From positions 43,001-107,000 of the forward strand of contig QHUJ01000115.1 in NCBI GenBank assembly GCA_003221895.1: DNA of 64,000 nt, given 5' to 3'. Positions 18,724 to 28,327 of this stretch are shown piece after piece (positions within the stretch are counted from its first letter, which is position 1; each line of letters begins with the position of its first letter). The notes beneath the pieces were generated by a model. The model was not told the DNA's origin. It searched no databases and saw nothing but the letters and a program-made list of their open reading frames with translations. The translations under genes were made by a program, and so were the position numbers. Source of the stretch: Gemmatimonadota bacterium (GTDB lineage Bacteria; Gemmatimonadota; Gemmatimonadetes; Gemmatimonadales; GWC2-71-9).

Positions 18724-19931
18724 CTATTTCTGTCCGAACGCGAACGAGAACCCGAATAGCACATTCACCGTCTTTACCGTGAACCGCGTCTCGCCGACCG
18801 TGGGCCCGATCGCCTCCCGGATGCCGCTCCCGACCGAGTAGCCGATGCCGAGGGATCCGGAGAGCCGCTGTCCTGTCAGGGAAACGCCCGTGGTGAAGCG
18901 CGACAGATCCACCTTACGAAAGATCGACTGCGCCTGATCGTCCACCGGTGAGACGTCGCTCGCAAATCCCGCATGGACGTGAGCGTCCCGGGGAGCTCGC
19001 TCGCGTATAACTCATAGGAGGCGAGCGCACCGTAATAATGGACATCGAGCTCCAGTTCGACGCTGTTGGCGTGATAGGCCGCACCGGCAGACGCCTCGAG
19101 TGGGCGTTTGTAGTCGAAGGTGGCTGCGTCGTCGCGGAACACGAGGTCAGTGGACGTGGGCGACGTGAACTGCGACGTCTGGAGCGTGAGTCGGCTAGTG
19201 CCGAGTATGCGGATGCCTGGCGCGACCACACGGGCGCCGAGAATGACACGGGAGGTCGCATCCCACTGCACGCCGCCGGACGGCTGTAGCTGCCAGGTCG
19301 ACCCCTCCGCGGAGAAACTCTGTTCGGCGAGCGATGCGCTGGTCGTCGCGTTCACCCGGGACGAAATCGATTGATTCTGCGTGAGCGACGTGATGGCCAT
19401 CCCCAGTCCGGCGCCGATGCGGAGCCGGCCGGTTCTGACACCGCCCGGCGCATACGCAATCGCCACGCCGGGGATCATGACGTTGAAATCGACAGTGGAC
19501 GCATACGCGACCACCTGGTTGGCGATTGGTGAGAACGCGAAGTCGATACTGCTCGGCTGCCACACGATCGGCCGTGCCAGGGAGAATCCGAGACGCCATT
19601 CGTCGGACTTGATCGTTCCTTTGCCGATCGCGACACTGAGCAATGTGCCGATGGTGTTGATGCGCGACCGCCCCTCACTTGTCCCAAAGCCTTCGAGACC
19701 CATTTTCGTCCACTCGTACGCGTTCGCGCCCGCGTTCAACGAGGTCTCGACACTGTTCCCCAGTCCGGCCGGGTTGTACCAGTTGGCGCCCGCATCGTTG
19801 GTGCGCGCGAGAAAGGCGCCCGCCTCGATGCCTTCGCGCTGGCCGACCGGCAGGCGATCGTAGTTAGGCAGAATCAGGTTCGGAGGCACGGCGACCGTCT
19901 GCGCGACGATCGCGAAGGGGAGCAGGAGCAC
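18724..19931 (-). pseudogene. FadL/OmpP1-like outer-membrane transporter with an apparent frameshift near 18945-18990
   Basis: ORF 18876..19931 (NDAGANWYNPAGLG motif, beta-barrel pattern) degenerates into an Arg-rich tail. The adjacent frame (18724..18945, open back to about 19011) carries a typical barrel C-terminus ...VKTVNVLFGFSFAFGQK. Confidence 0.55.
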
Positions 19932-19965
19932 GCCGCCAGCCTACGGCCGGGCCGGGGGAGCGGGT

Positions 19966-19983
19966 ATTGAGCCTTAGGACAAT
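19966..19983. promoter_or_regulatory. 18-bp quasi-palindromic motif copy (a): ATTGAGCCTTAGGACAAT
   Basis: Centred in the 85-nt divergent spacer: 34 nt from GTG 19931 (minus gene) and 33 nt from ATG 20017 (plus gene). Confidence 0.55.
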
Positions 19984-20016
19984 GTCCCGGGGCGGACCCG
20001 TGGGCATTCTAATCCC

Positions 20017-22149
20017 ATGACTACTGCCCGCTCTGCCAGGACGTCCACGACCCTCGTGATCCTGGGGGCAGTGGCTGTCTGGACCGCGCTGATCGTGGGC
20101 GGTGCCGCTCGCGGCATCATCCGGCCGGATCCCTTCGCCCGCCGGGTCGCCGCGACTCTGTCGGACCCGCGCGTCGCCGGGTATGTGGCATCCCGGATCA
20201 CCGATGCCATCGTTGCGCAGCGTCCCAACCTCGTGAGCGTTCGTTCGCTCATCGAGCCGGCCATGACCGGCGTCGTATCATCGGCGCCGTTCCGCGCCGT
20301 CGTGCGCACATCAGCGCGTGCCGCGCACCGCTCGCTGTTCGAGTCGGTGGGCCAGAACATGGTGCTATCGCTGCCCGATGTCTCCGTCCTCGTGCGCGGC
20401 GCGCTGCAAAACATCAATCCCGAGCTCGCGGCGAAAATCCCCCCCGGCATCGAGGCGAACCTCGCGTCACCGCAGGCGGAGCGGGCGTTCACACGCTTCA
20501 TCAAGGCGTGGGCACTCGTCGGTCGCATCCTCTGGGCCGCCTGGGCTCTGCTGCTCCTCGGGGTGGCGGCTCTGGTTGCCTCGATCTGGGTCGCGCCGGA
20601 TCGGCAGAACGCGTTGGTGCGGGCCGGTGGCACGTTGTTCGCCGTCGCGCTCGCGCTCATCGCCGTCCTTCCCGCCGGACGTATCGTTGCCGCCGCGATC
20701 ACTAGTGACCCAATGCTGCGTGGAGTCGTCCACGGTCTGTGGGTTGCGTACTTTGGACCGGTCAAGCCGCTCGCGCTCATCGCCGGCTCCGCCGGAGTCG
20801 TGTTCGCTGCCGCGGGGTCTACCATGCTCGAGGCGGTGGATCCGTTCGCGCGAGCCGAGGCCCTCTGGCGCTGGCTCACCGCGCCGCTCCGGCCGTCCGC
20901 GCATATCGGGCGCGCCGTGCTGTTGCTCGCGGCCGGTGCATACGCCGCCGCCGCTCCGAGCCGAGCGGCGACAGGTGTCATCGCCGCCGTGGGTCTTCTG
21001 CTCGTCTTCCTCGGTCTCCGCGAGGTTTTTCGCCTCGTCCTCACTGGCGCCCGCGGGTCGGCCGCGGTACCCACCACGCGGAGCGAAGCCCGGGCGTGGA
21101 GAGTTGTCGCAATCGCCGGTCTCGTGCTGGTGGTGGGTCTTGGTGGCGCGGCATTGCTCGTCTTCCGCGGGCCACCGGAGGTTGGGGAGGCGGCAGGCAT
21201 CGTGACCGTGTGTAACGGCTCCGCGAAGCTGTGCAACCGGCGTATCAATCAGGTCGTGTTCGCCGGCGCGCACAACGCCATGTCGAATGCCGAGATCCCG
21301 GGATGGTTATTCCCGCATCACAATCACGCATTTCCGCGCCAGCTCCAGGACGGCGTGCGCGCCCTGCTCATCGACGTGCACTACGGCGTCCCGGCAGAAG
21401 AGCACGTGATCACTGATTTCAATCATGAAGGGACTTCGCTGGACAAGATTCAGAGTGCGCTCGGTCCGGAAGCCACCCAGGCTGCCGTCCGGATCAGGAA
21501 CCGGTTCCTGGGTCACGAGACGGGCAAGTCGGCGCTCTACTTTTGCCACGGATTCTGCGAGCTCGGCGCCTATCCGGTTGTGCCGGCGCTCGAGGGCGTG
21601 CGCGACTGGATGGTCGCGAACCCCGGGGAAGTCGTGGTGATTGTGGTCGAGGACTACGTCGATCCGCTGGACCTCGCGCACGCGTTTGAGGAGGCCGGGC
21701 TGCTGCCTCTCATCTATACCGGATCCGTCGCTCCGCCTCTTCCAACCCTGCGCGAGCTGATCGACTGGGGTCAGCGGCTCATGGTGTTCACCGAGTCCGG
21801 CAAGCCCGGCGTGCCGTGGCTCAAGCCGGCGTTCGAATCGATGCAGGAGACACCGTACTCATTTCACACGCCTGCCGACTTCTCCTGCAAGCCAAATCGC
21901 GGTGGCGCGACCGCGCCTTTCTTCGAAATCAATCACTGGCTCGAGACCACACCCGCGCCCAAGCCTTCCAACGCCGCGATCGTGAACGCGTACGACTTTT
22001 TGCTCGCGCGCGCACGCGCTTGCCGCCAGCAGCGTGGTCGCCTCCCCAATATCCTGGCAGTCGACTTCTATGACGTGGGAGATCTGTTCCGTGTGGTGCG
22101 GACGCTGAACGGGCTGGATGAGCCCGCGACGGTCGCTCGCGCGCGGTAG
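20017..22149 (+). CDS. Membrane protein with C-terminal PLC-like phosphodiesterase (PI-PLC X-box-like) domain
   Basis: About 400-aa polytopic N-terminal region. C-terminal VVFAGAHNAMSN...QLQDGVRALLIDVHYG and the following TIM-barrel-like pattern resemble PLCXD-type domains. Confidence 0.65.
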   Translation: MTTARSARTSTTLVILGAVAVWTALIVGGAARGIIRPDPFARRVAATLSDPRVAGYVASRITDAIVAQRPNLVSVRSLIEPAMTGVVSSAPFRAVVRTSARAAHRSLFESVGQNMVLSLPDVSVLVRGALQNINPELAAKIPPGIEANLASPQAERAFTRFIKAWALVGRILWAAWALLLLGVAALVASIWVAPDRQNALVRAGGTLFAVALALIAVLPAGRIVAAAITSDPMLRGVVHGLWVAYFGPVKPLALIAGSAGVVFAAAGSTMLEAVDPFARAEALWRWLTAPLRPSAHIGRAVLLLAAGAYAAAAPSRAATGVIAAVGLLLVFLGLREVFRLVLTGARGSAAVPTTRSEARAWRVVAIAGLVLVVGLGGAALLVFRGPPEVGEAAGIVTVCNGSAKLCNRRINQVVFAGAHNAMSNAEIPGWLFPHHNHAFPRQLQDGVRALLIDVHYGVPAEEHVITDFNHEGTSLDKIQSALGPEATQAAVRIRNRFLGHETGKSALYFCHGFCELGAYPVVPALEGVRDWMVANPGEVVVIVVEDYVDPLDLAHAFEEAGLLPLIYTGSVAPPLPTLRELIDWGQRLMVFTESGKPGVPWLKPAFESMQETPYSFHTPADFSCKPNRGGATAPFFEINHWLETTPAPKPSNAAIVNAYDFLLARARACRQQRGRLPNILAVDFYDVGDLFRVVRTLNGLDEPATVARAR

Positions 22150-22169
22150 GACCCCACCGAAGGGCCTGT

Positions 22170-23039
<870 letters not shown>

Positions 23040-23046
23040 GCCTGCG

Positions 23047-24057
23047 TCACTCGCGCTTGGGGGGCGGGGGGGCCGGCGTAGTGTAATTCAGCTGAATCTG
23101 TCGCTGGAGGTTGTGAATCCTTTCGGTCGGTCGCGAGTGATCGCCCGTGAAGAAGTTGGTGATCTTGTCGGTCTCGCCGTACTTCTGCTTGAACTTCTCC
23201 CACAATCCCGGCCCTTTCGTGGGGTCGAAGCCCGCCTCGTACACGTAGCGGAGCCCCACGCGATCCGCCTGATCCTCGTACTCCCGGCTGTAGCCCGTCA
23301 TGAGGGCGGAGAGACCGAGTTGGCCACCGAATGCCGCCACCTGCTGCGCGGTCGAGTTTTTGATTTGCGACGTGGCAATGGAGGCCCCGGTCCCCAGAAT
23401 CTGTGCGACCGTGCCCTTGCTCATCTGACGCCGCACGTGCTCGTGGGTGAAGTGGGTGAGCTCGTGGCCGAGGACGATCGCCAGCTCGTCGTCGTCCATT
23501 GCGTCCATGAGCCCCGAGAACACCCAGATGGCCCCGTTCGCCATCGCGGAGGCATTCCATTGATCGGTCTTCACCACCCGCACTCGGAGCGCGCTGGCGG
23601 GAAGGTACGATGGCCTGAGCCGATCCATGATCCTGCGCGCGCGCGTCACGTACGGCCCTGATTCGAGAAGGTCGCCGATCTTGGTGATCTTGCCGCTGTC
23701 GGCGGGCTCGAACATCATCCCCTCTTTGACCCAGGTCTGCTCGGCTTCGTTGCTCGCGGCGATGACCTGCTGCTCAGTGCCGCCGGTCGAGTTCGCTTTC
23801 GCCTCGATCTGCTGGGCGATCAGAACTCCTGACGCGTTGCGCTGCCCGCTGGCCTTCACTTCGTAGCCCAACGGAATGTCGGCGATGCGTTTCGCGCCTT
23901 TCACCTTCGTGGTCGACGTGGCGAGGACGCGCTGACCTTCCACGATCACGGTGTCGCCGCGCCTGAACTCGGCGTATCCGCTGATCGTCTCGGTCTTGAC
24001 GTTGCCGTACAGCGCGAGCCCGGCTGCCAGGCAGGCGCCTGCCGTCGAAGGGTTCAT
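23047..24057 (-). CDS. M48-family zinc metallopeptidase
   Basis: HExxH in LGHELTHFTHEH. Signal-like N-terminus from ATG 24057 (MNPSTAGACLAAGLALYG). The longer track ORF overlapping the upstream gene is rejected. Confidence 0.85.
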   Translation of the reverse strand: MNPSTAGACLAAGLALYGNVKTETISGYAEFRRGDTVIVEGQRVLATSTTKVKGAKRIADIPLGYEVKASGQRNASGVLIAQQIEAKANSTGGTEQQVIAASNEAEQTWVKEGMMFEPADSGKITKIGDLLESGPYVTRARRIMDRLRPSYLPASALRVRVVKTDQWNASAMANGAIWVFSGLMDAMDDDELAIVLGHELTHFTHEHVRRQMSKGTVAQILGTGASIATSQIKNSTAQQVAAFGGQLGLSALMTGYSREYEDQADRVGLRYVYEAGFDPTKGPGLWEKFKQKYGETDKITNFFTGDHSRPTERIHNLQRQIQLNYTTPAPPPPKRE

Positions 24058-24091
24058 CCACCTCGATATGTTCGCAGCCCAGGGCCGGAGA

Positions 24092-24109
24092 ATTGGTCTT
24101 TGGTACAAC
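24092..24109 (-). promoter_or_regulatory. Motif copy (j): ATTGGTCTTTGGTACAAC (+ strand)
   Basis: Exactly 34 nt (24058-24091) from the M48 ATG 24057. The 24-nt window 24088-24111 matches 18697-18720 at 20/24 positions. Confidence 0.5.
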
Positions 24110-24175
24110 TCACGTGCGTGGTAGGGACGCGCTCGCTGAGGTGCAGATACGGCGACAAGGTATGGAAGGGTGTGG

Positions 24176-25291
24176 CTACTGGCCCGTACTCCACCCCTGC
24201 GCGCGTTCCCAGGCCCGCACGCGCCGGCGCCCCGCATCGAAGAGACGCTCGTAGTTGCCCTTCCGCACCTTTGTGCTGGCATCCGCGGAGAGCAGCGCCC
24301 ACAGGGGACGGTACATGTCGAACACGGCGTAATACTGCGTGGTGTCGCGCGGCGCGACGACGTCCGAGCCGAACAGGAAGCGATCGGGATAGCGGTTGAT
24401 CAGATCGGCCGAGCGCCTGGTGATTTCGGGAGTCGCCAGGATGTATTTCGCGACTTCGTCCCAGCTGATGTCGAAGTACACGTGGCGCAGCGTTGAATCC
24501 CTGAGCATGCCTTCGACAATCATGGCGAAATTGGGATTCCGCTCCGTGGCGGGCGCCGACGCCGAGCTCTGGGTCGGATGGACCACGCGCCCCAGACCCA
24601 TATGCGCCCAGATGATGGTCGCATTCGCATGGCGTCTGAGCAGGTCCTTCATCTGCGTCAGGTACACGGGCTCGGTACCGGTTCTGGCGAACGGCATGTC
24701 CACATCGTTATGGATCAACACCACCAGGCCGCTCTCGCCCGCCAGATCGAGAATGCGATCGAGCGCCGGATTCGTGAGGCTCGCGACCTCACCGGCGATT
24801 TTTGACGACACGAACTCCTTGTGAATGCTGAACTCGCCGATTCCCGTGAAGACGCCCGGAAAGGTGCGCAGCACGCGCTTGATGTGATCGGCGGCGTACA
24901 TGTCGGCGGGATTGAATCCGGTGATCATGGGGTCGAAGCGCGCGCGGTCGACGGGCGCGAGCGACCGATACGTCATGGCGATGTACGCGTCGGTGAACGA
25001 GTAGTAGTACAGCGGCGCGTCGCTCTGCAGGTAATACGTGGGCGCAAACGAACCGGAATTCTCGTACGACCAGGTCTGCTGCAGCGGGATGCCGAAGAGC
25101 GTGGATCGGCCGACGCGAGTCCCCATCATGTTCAGCAATTCCCGAACGTCGATGCCTTCCTGGATGTAGTTGGTCAGATGAAAGTGGGAATCATCAAAGT
25201 CGCTCGGCGGCGGCGCGGCGGTGCCTTGCGCCATCACCGTGGAGGCCGTCACCCCCGCGATGATGAGCACCGCCGCGAGGCGCCGGGTCAC
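24176..25291 (-). CDS. Exported amidohydrolase-family (TIM-barrel metal hydrolase) protein
   Basis: Signal peptide MTRRLAAVLIIAGVTASTVMA. HxH motif DDSHFHL. Amidohydrolase_2-like pattern. Confidence 0.75.
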   Translation of the reverse strand: MTRRLAAVLIIAGVTASTVMAQGTAAPPPSDFDDSHFHLTNYIQEGIDVRELLNMMGTRVGRSTLFGIPLQQTWSYENSGSFAPTYYLQSDAPLYYYSFTDAYIAMTYRSLAPVDRARFDPMITGFNPADMYAADHIKRVLRTFPGVFTGIGEFSIHKEFVSSKIAGEVASLTNPALDRILDLAGESGLVVLIHNDVDMPFARTGTEPVYLTQMKDLLRRHANATIIWAHMGLGRVVHPTQSSASAPATERNPNFAMIVEGMLRDSTLRHVYFDISWDEVAKYILATPEITRRSADLINRYPDRFLFGSDVVAPRDTTQYYAVFDMYRPLWALLSADASTKVRKGNYERLFDAGRRRVRAWERAQGWSTGQ

Positions 25292-26616
25292 AACAGAATA
25301 TCCGTACCGAGCGAAATCGTCGTGCCGCTTTGGCCTGCGGTGTAGAATCCGAAGTTCGATGCGGCCGGGCTGCGTTCGATGCGGATGAGGTGCAGGTTCA
25401 GTCGCCAGCTGCGCGTGCCGCTCGGATACACGCTCACGCCACCGGAGAGCTCCCAGGGATATCTCCGAAACTTGTCGGCCAGATAGCCATAGGTGGCGTA
25501 CACGGCGACTTTTTTCGGCACCACCATATGCATCCCCTGCACCTGAAATCCTTGATCGACGATCGAGGAGAGGGGCAGGGCCCCCGTCGCGAGGAAGTTC
25601 GACAGCTTGCGGACGTAGTACTCGCCCTGGAACGTGAACCCCCGATACTTCAGCCCTGCGTCGAAGGCGATCTCGTCGTAGTCGAGCTTCTGCACGGTCG
25701 CGCCGGGAGCGAGCGCGCCGGCGTCGAACGGATTGACCCCGTCGGAGAGTTTGATCTGCGTCGCGTTGGGCGGAACGCTGTCATTCGCATAGCGCGCCTC
25801 TCGGCTGTGGCCGATCGACGCGCCGAAGCGCGTGGCCACGGTCCGGTGATATTCGAGATCGCCGAGCCCACCCCGGGGGCCGAACTCACCGGTCGTCGGC
25901 ATGGTCCACACGCTCGCACTGTAAGCAAAGTCGCGCGTGTCGTTACTCGCTGTCACGCCGAGCTGGCTGATGTTCGTGTTGACGGAGAGGTTGTAGAACC
26001 AGCGCCGTATCGGCTGTCCGGTCAGGAATACGCCTGACGAGAATCCCCCGCGGAAGAAATCTTCCGACATCTGCCGGTCGCTCGATCCCCAGAACGGCCA
26101 CGAGCCCTGGACTGACCGGACCGTCAGGTTGGGCGCGATACCGACCCCGAGGGTCGCCGCAGTATTAAAACGATATTGGAGGTTACCGAACAGCAGGGTC
26201 TGCTGCGTCGTCGGCAGCGACCAGAGCGAGATGTTGTACCGGAACTTCGGAACGTAAAAGAACCCCGTCAGCCAGACGAACGTCCGATGCCAGTTCAGAT
26301 CGTTACGCGTCTTGACCTGCCGTACGCGGCCGAGGTGATCCACGAACGTCTGATTCCCAGGCAGTTGGTTCATGTACCGAAACAAGCCATAAAAGCTGAT
26401 GTTCAGGCTTGCCATTTTCGTCTTTGCGAGATCGAAGCCCTTCGCGGGCGTGAACTCGCCGGCGATGTTGTTCGGGAACTTCGTCTCGGCCGCCTTGACC
26501 GTATCAGTGGGATCGCGCCCGGCTTCGTCTTGCGCTCGAAGCGCGCCGGGGACCGCACCGAGCAGGCACACCGCCAGAGCCAGGGATAGTCGCATCATCA
26601 ATCCCTCTTGTTGCAC
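25288..26616 (-). CDS. Putative outer-membrane porin (OprO/P-like)
   Basis: Signal peptide ...AVCLLGAVPGALRA and a long amphipathic beta-strand pattern. 4-nt overlap with the amidohydrolase gene. Confidence 0.55.
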   Translation of the reverse strand: MQQEGLMMRLSLALAVCLLGAVPGALRAQDEAGRDPTDTVKAAETKFPNNIAGEFTPAKGFDLAKTKMASLNISFYGLFRYMNQLPGNQTFVDHLGRVRQVKTRNDLNWHRTFVWLTGFFYVPKFRYNISLWSLPTTQQTLLFGNLQYRFNTAATLGVGIAPNLTVRSVQGSWPFWGSSDRQMSEDFFRGGFSSGVFLTGQPIRRWFYNLSVNTNISQLGVTASNDTRDFAYSASVWTMPTTGEFGPRGGLGDLEYHRTVATRFGASIGHSREARYANDSVPPNATQIKLSDGVNPFDAGALAPGATVQKLDYDEIAFDAGLKYRGFTFQGEYYVRKLSNFLATGALPLSSIVDQGFQVQGMHMVVPKKVAVYATYGYLADKFRRYPWELSGGVSVYPSGTRSWRLNLHLIRIERSPAASNFGFYTAGQSGTTISLGTDILL

Positions 26617-26618
26617 GG

Positions 26619-27698
26619 TTAACGGGGAGAGGGAGCCGTCGCGCGCGGCTGGACCGCGTAGGGGTTGGCATTCAGGCGCGCGACGATCTCGCGAATGACC
26701 TTCTGGGCGCGCACACTGTTGCCCGCCTCATCGAGCGGCGGCGAAATCACCGCGATCCCGAACTTGCCCGGCGCCACCGCGATGATCCCACCGCCGACGC
26801 CGCTCTTGGCCGGCAGGCCGGTGTGATACAGCCATTTGCCCGAGTCGTCGTACAGTCCGGCGGTCGCCATCACCGCCAGCACATAGGGCACGTTCGTCGC
26901 GGACATCACGACTTTCCGGTTGATCGGGTTCGTGCCGCCGTTGGCGAGCGTGGCCGCCATCGTGGCGAGATCCTTGACGTTCACGCTGACCGAGCATTGC
27001 TCGGTGTACACATCCGTCGCCTGGGCCGGGTTCGCCTTGATATAGCCGTAGGCGTACATCAGCGCCCCAATCGCCTGGTTCCGCTGGTTGGTTTCGGATT
27101 CCGACTTGAAGACCTCCTGGTTCACCGACAGAGGGCGAGCCGCGAACGCCGAGTACCAGTCGAGCAGGCTCTGCCACACGGCGTCGCGCGTCGCGCCCTT
27201 CACCATGGACGTGGTCGCGATCGCACCGGGATTGACCAGCGAGTTCATCTCCGGACCGCCCTGCGCCTTCTGCGAGAACTCGATCGACACGATCGAATTA
27301 AAACGCATGCCCGTCGCATCGACCCCGACCGTGCTCTCGATCTGGTCCGGTCCCTGCTCCTCGATCACCTTGGCGAGCGTGAAGACCTTGGAGATCGACT
27401 GCATCGACACCTCGGACGTAATGTCACCGGCCGTGTACACCGTGCCATCGGTCATGACCAGCGCGATTCCGAAGATTTTGGGATCCACCTTGGCGAGGGC
27501 GGGGATGTAGTCTGCGTTCTTGCCCTCCTGCAGATTCTGAAACTTCGCGTACGTCTCGTTGAGAGCGGTTTGAATCTGTGCGGCCGCCGCTTGAGCGGCC
27601 GCGGATGGCTTGGCCGGTTTCGCGGCTTGTCCCTGCGCGGATGAACCGAGGGCGAGCGCGAGGGCAAGTGTGAGTAATCCGAAACGACTGGCAATCAT
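26619..27698 (-). CDS. glsA: Glutaminase A with predicted signal peptide
   Basis: SISKVFTL (catalytic Ser-x-x-Lys) and GLPAKSGVGGGIIAV motifs. ATG 27698 is preceded by GAAGGAG and gives MIASRFGLLTLALALALGSSAQG. Confidence 0.9.
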   Translation of the reverse strand: MIASRFGLLTLALALALGSSAQGQAAKPAKPSAAAQAAAAQIQTALNETYAKFQNLQEGKNADYIPALAKVDPKIFGIALVMTDGTVYTAGDITSEVSMQSISKVFTLAKVIEEQGPDQIESTVGVDATGMRFNSIVSIEFSQKAQGGPEMNSLVNPGAIATTSMVKGATRDAVWQSLLDWYSAFAARPLSVNQEVFKSESETNQRNQAIGALMYAYGYIKANPAQATDVYTEQCSVSVNVKDLATMAATLANGGTNPINRKVVMSATNVPYVLAVMATAGLYDDSGKWLYHTGLPAKSGVGGGIIAVAPGKFGIAVISPPLDEAGNSVRAQKVIREIVARLNANPYAVQPRATAPSPR

Positions 27699-27916
27699 GG
27701 TCGCTACTCCTTCGAAAGCCTTGAGAGGGCGGAAACGAGCGCAGTGGACCGAGTCGTCCCCGCGTGCCTGGCAAGGGCGCCAGGAGCAACGAGCATGAGC
27801 AACCCGCGCCACCGCACCAGCCAGTCTAGGGCCCGCGTTCCGCGGGAGTATTGAACCTTGGGGTACGCCCGGACGGACACCACCGCCTTCTGCCTAGCCG
27901 CCTCCCGGAACCAGCG

Positions 27917-28327
27917 CTACGGAGTCTCCAGGGTCACGTCGATGTTGCCGGTTGCGGCCTTGATCTCAAATCGCACTGTCCACGAGCCGGGCGCTCCCTT
28001 GTTGGTGAGCGTGTCGGTCTCGTACACGACCGAGACCTCGTGCGAGTACACCTCCACGCCGTTGGCATCGAGCACGTGGAGATCCATTTCGCCGTGCGTG
28101 ATGAGGCTGTGGTGCAGAATTCTCGCCTGGCTGTCGGCCGTGACCCACGTGAAGCTCGTGTCATCGATGACGTTGTTCAGGTCCTTCGCCTGGAATCGAA
28201 ACAACCCAGGCTGATTCGTCACGGTCCTCTGATTCCCAGGACCGAGCGGCACGATGGGGTCCGCGCACGCTGCGACGAAACCACCGGCGAGACCGGCGGC
28301 GAGGAGAAGCCAGGTGCGCAGCGTCAT
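27917..28327 (-). CDS. Hypothetical lipoprotein
   Basis: ATG 28327 (ATGA overlap with the upstream stop) gives MTLRTWLLLAAGLAGGFVAAC with a lipobox. Confidence 0.5.
   Translation of the reverse strand: MTLRTWLLLAAGLAGGFVAACADPIVPLGPGNQRTVTNQPGLFRFQAKDLNNVIDDTSFTWVTADSQARILHHSLITHGEMDLHVLDANGVEVYSHEVSVVYETDTLTNKGAPGSWTVRFEIKAATGNIDVTLETP

Noticed and set aside
19966-19983. Reading TTGnCC of the 18-mer as a -35 box with a -10 hexamer 17 nt downstream
   Set aside because: In the four best-phased copies the sequence 17 nt downstream is GC-only (gcctgc, gccctg, tccccc) or weak (attcac). Only the shortened copy upstream of the LarE-like gene fits this geometry.
27832-27846. Hairpin CCCGCG-TTC-CGCGGG downstream of the lipoprotein gene, as an intrinsic terminator
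   Set aside because: The stem has only 6 bp and no U-tract follows on the transcribed (minus) strand. I kept it as a note only.
27699-27916. 218-nt leader upstream of the glutaminase gene as a possible glutamine or glycine riboswitch
   Set aside because: I could not find the conserved cores of either class. The region is GC-rich with no convincing multi-helix architecture discernible by eye.
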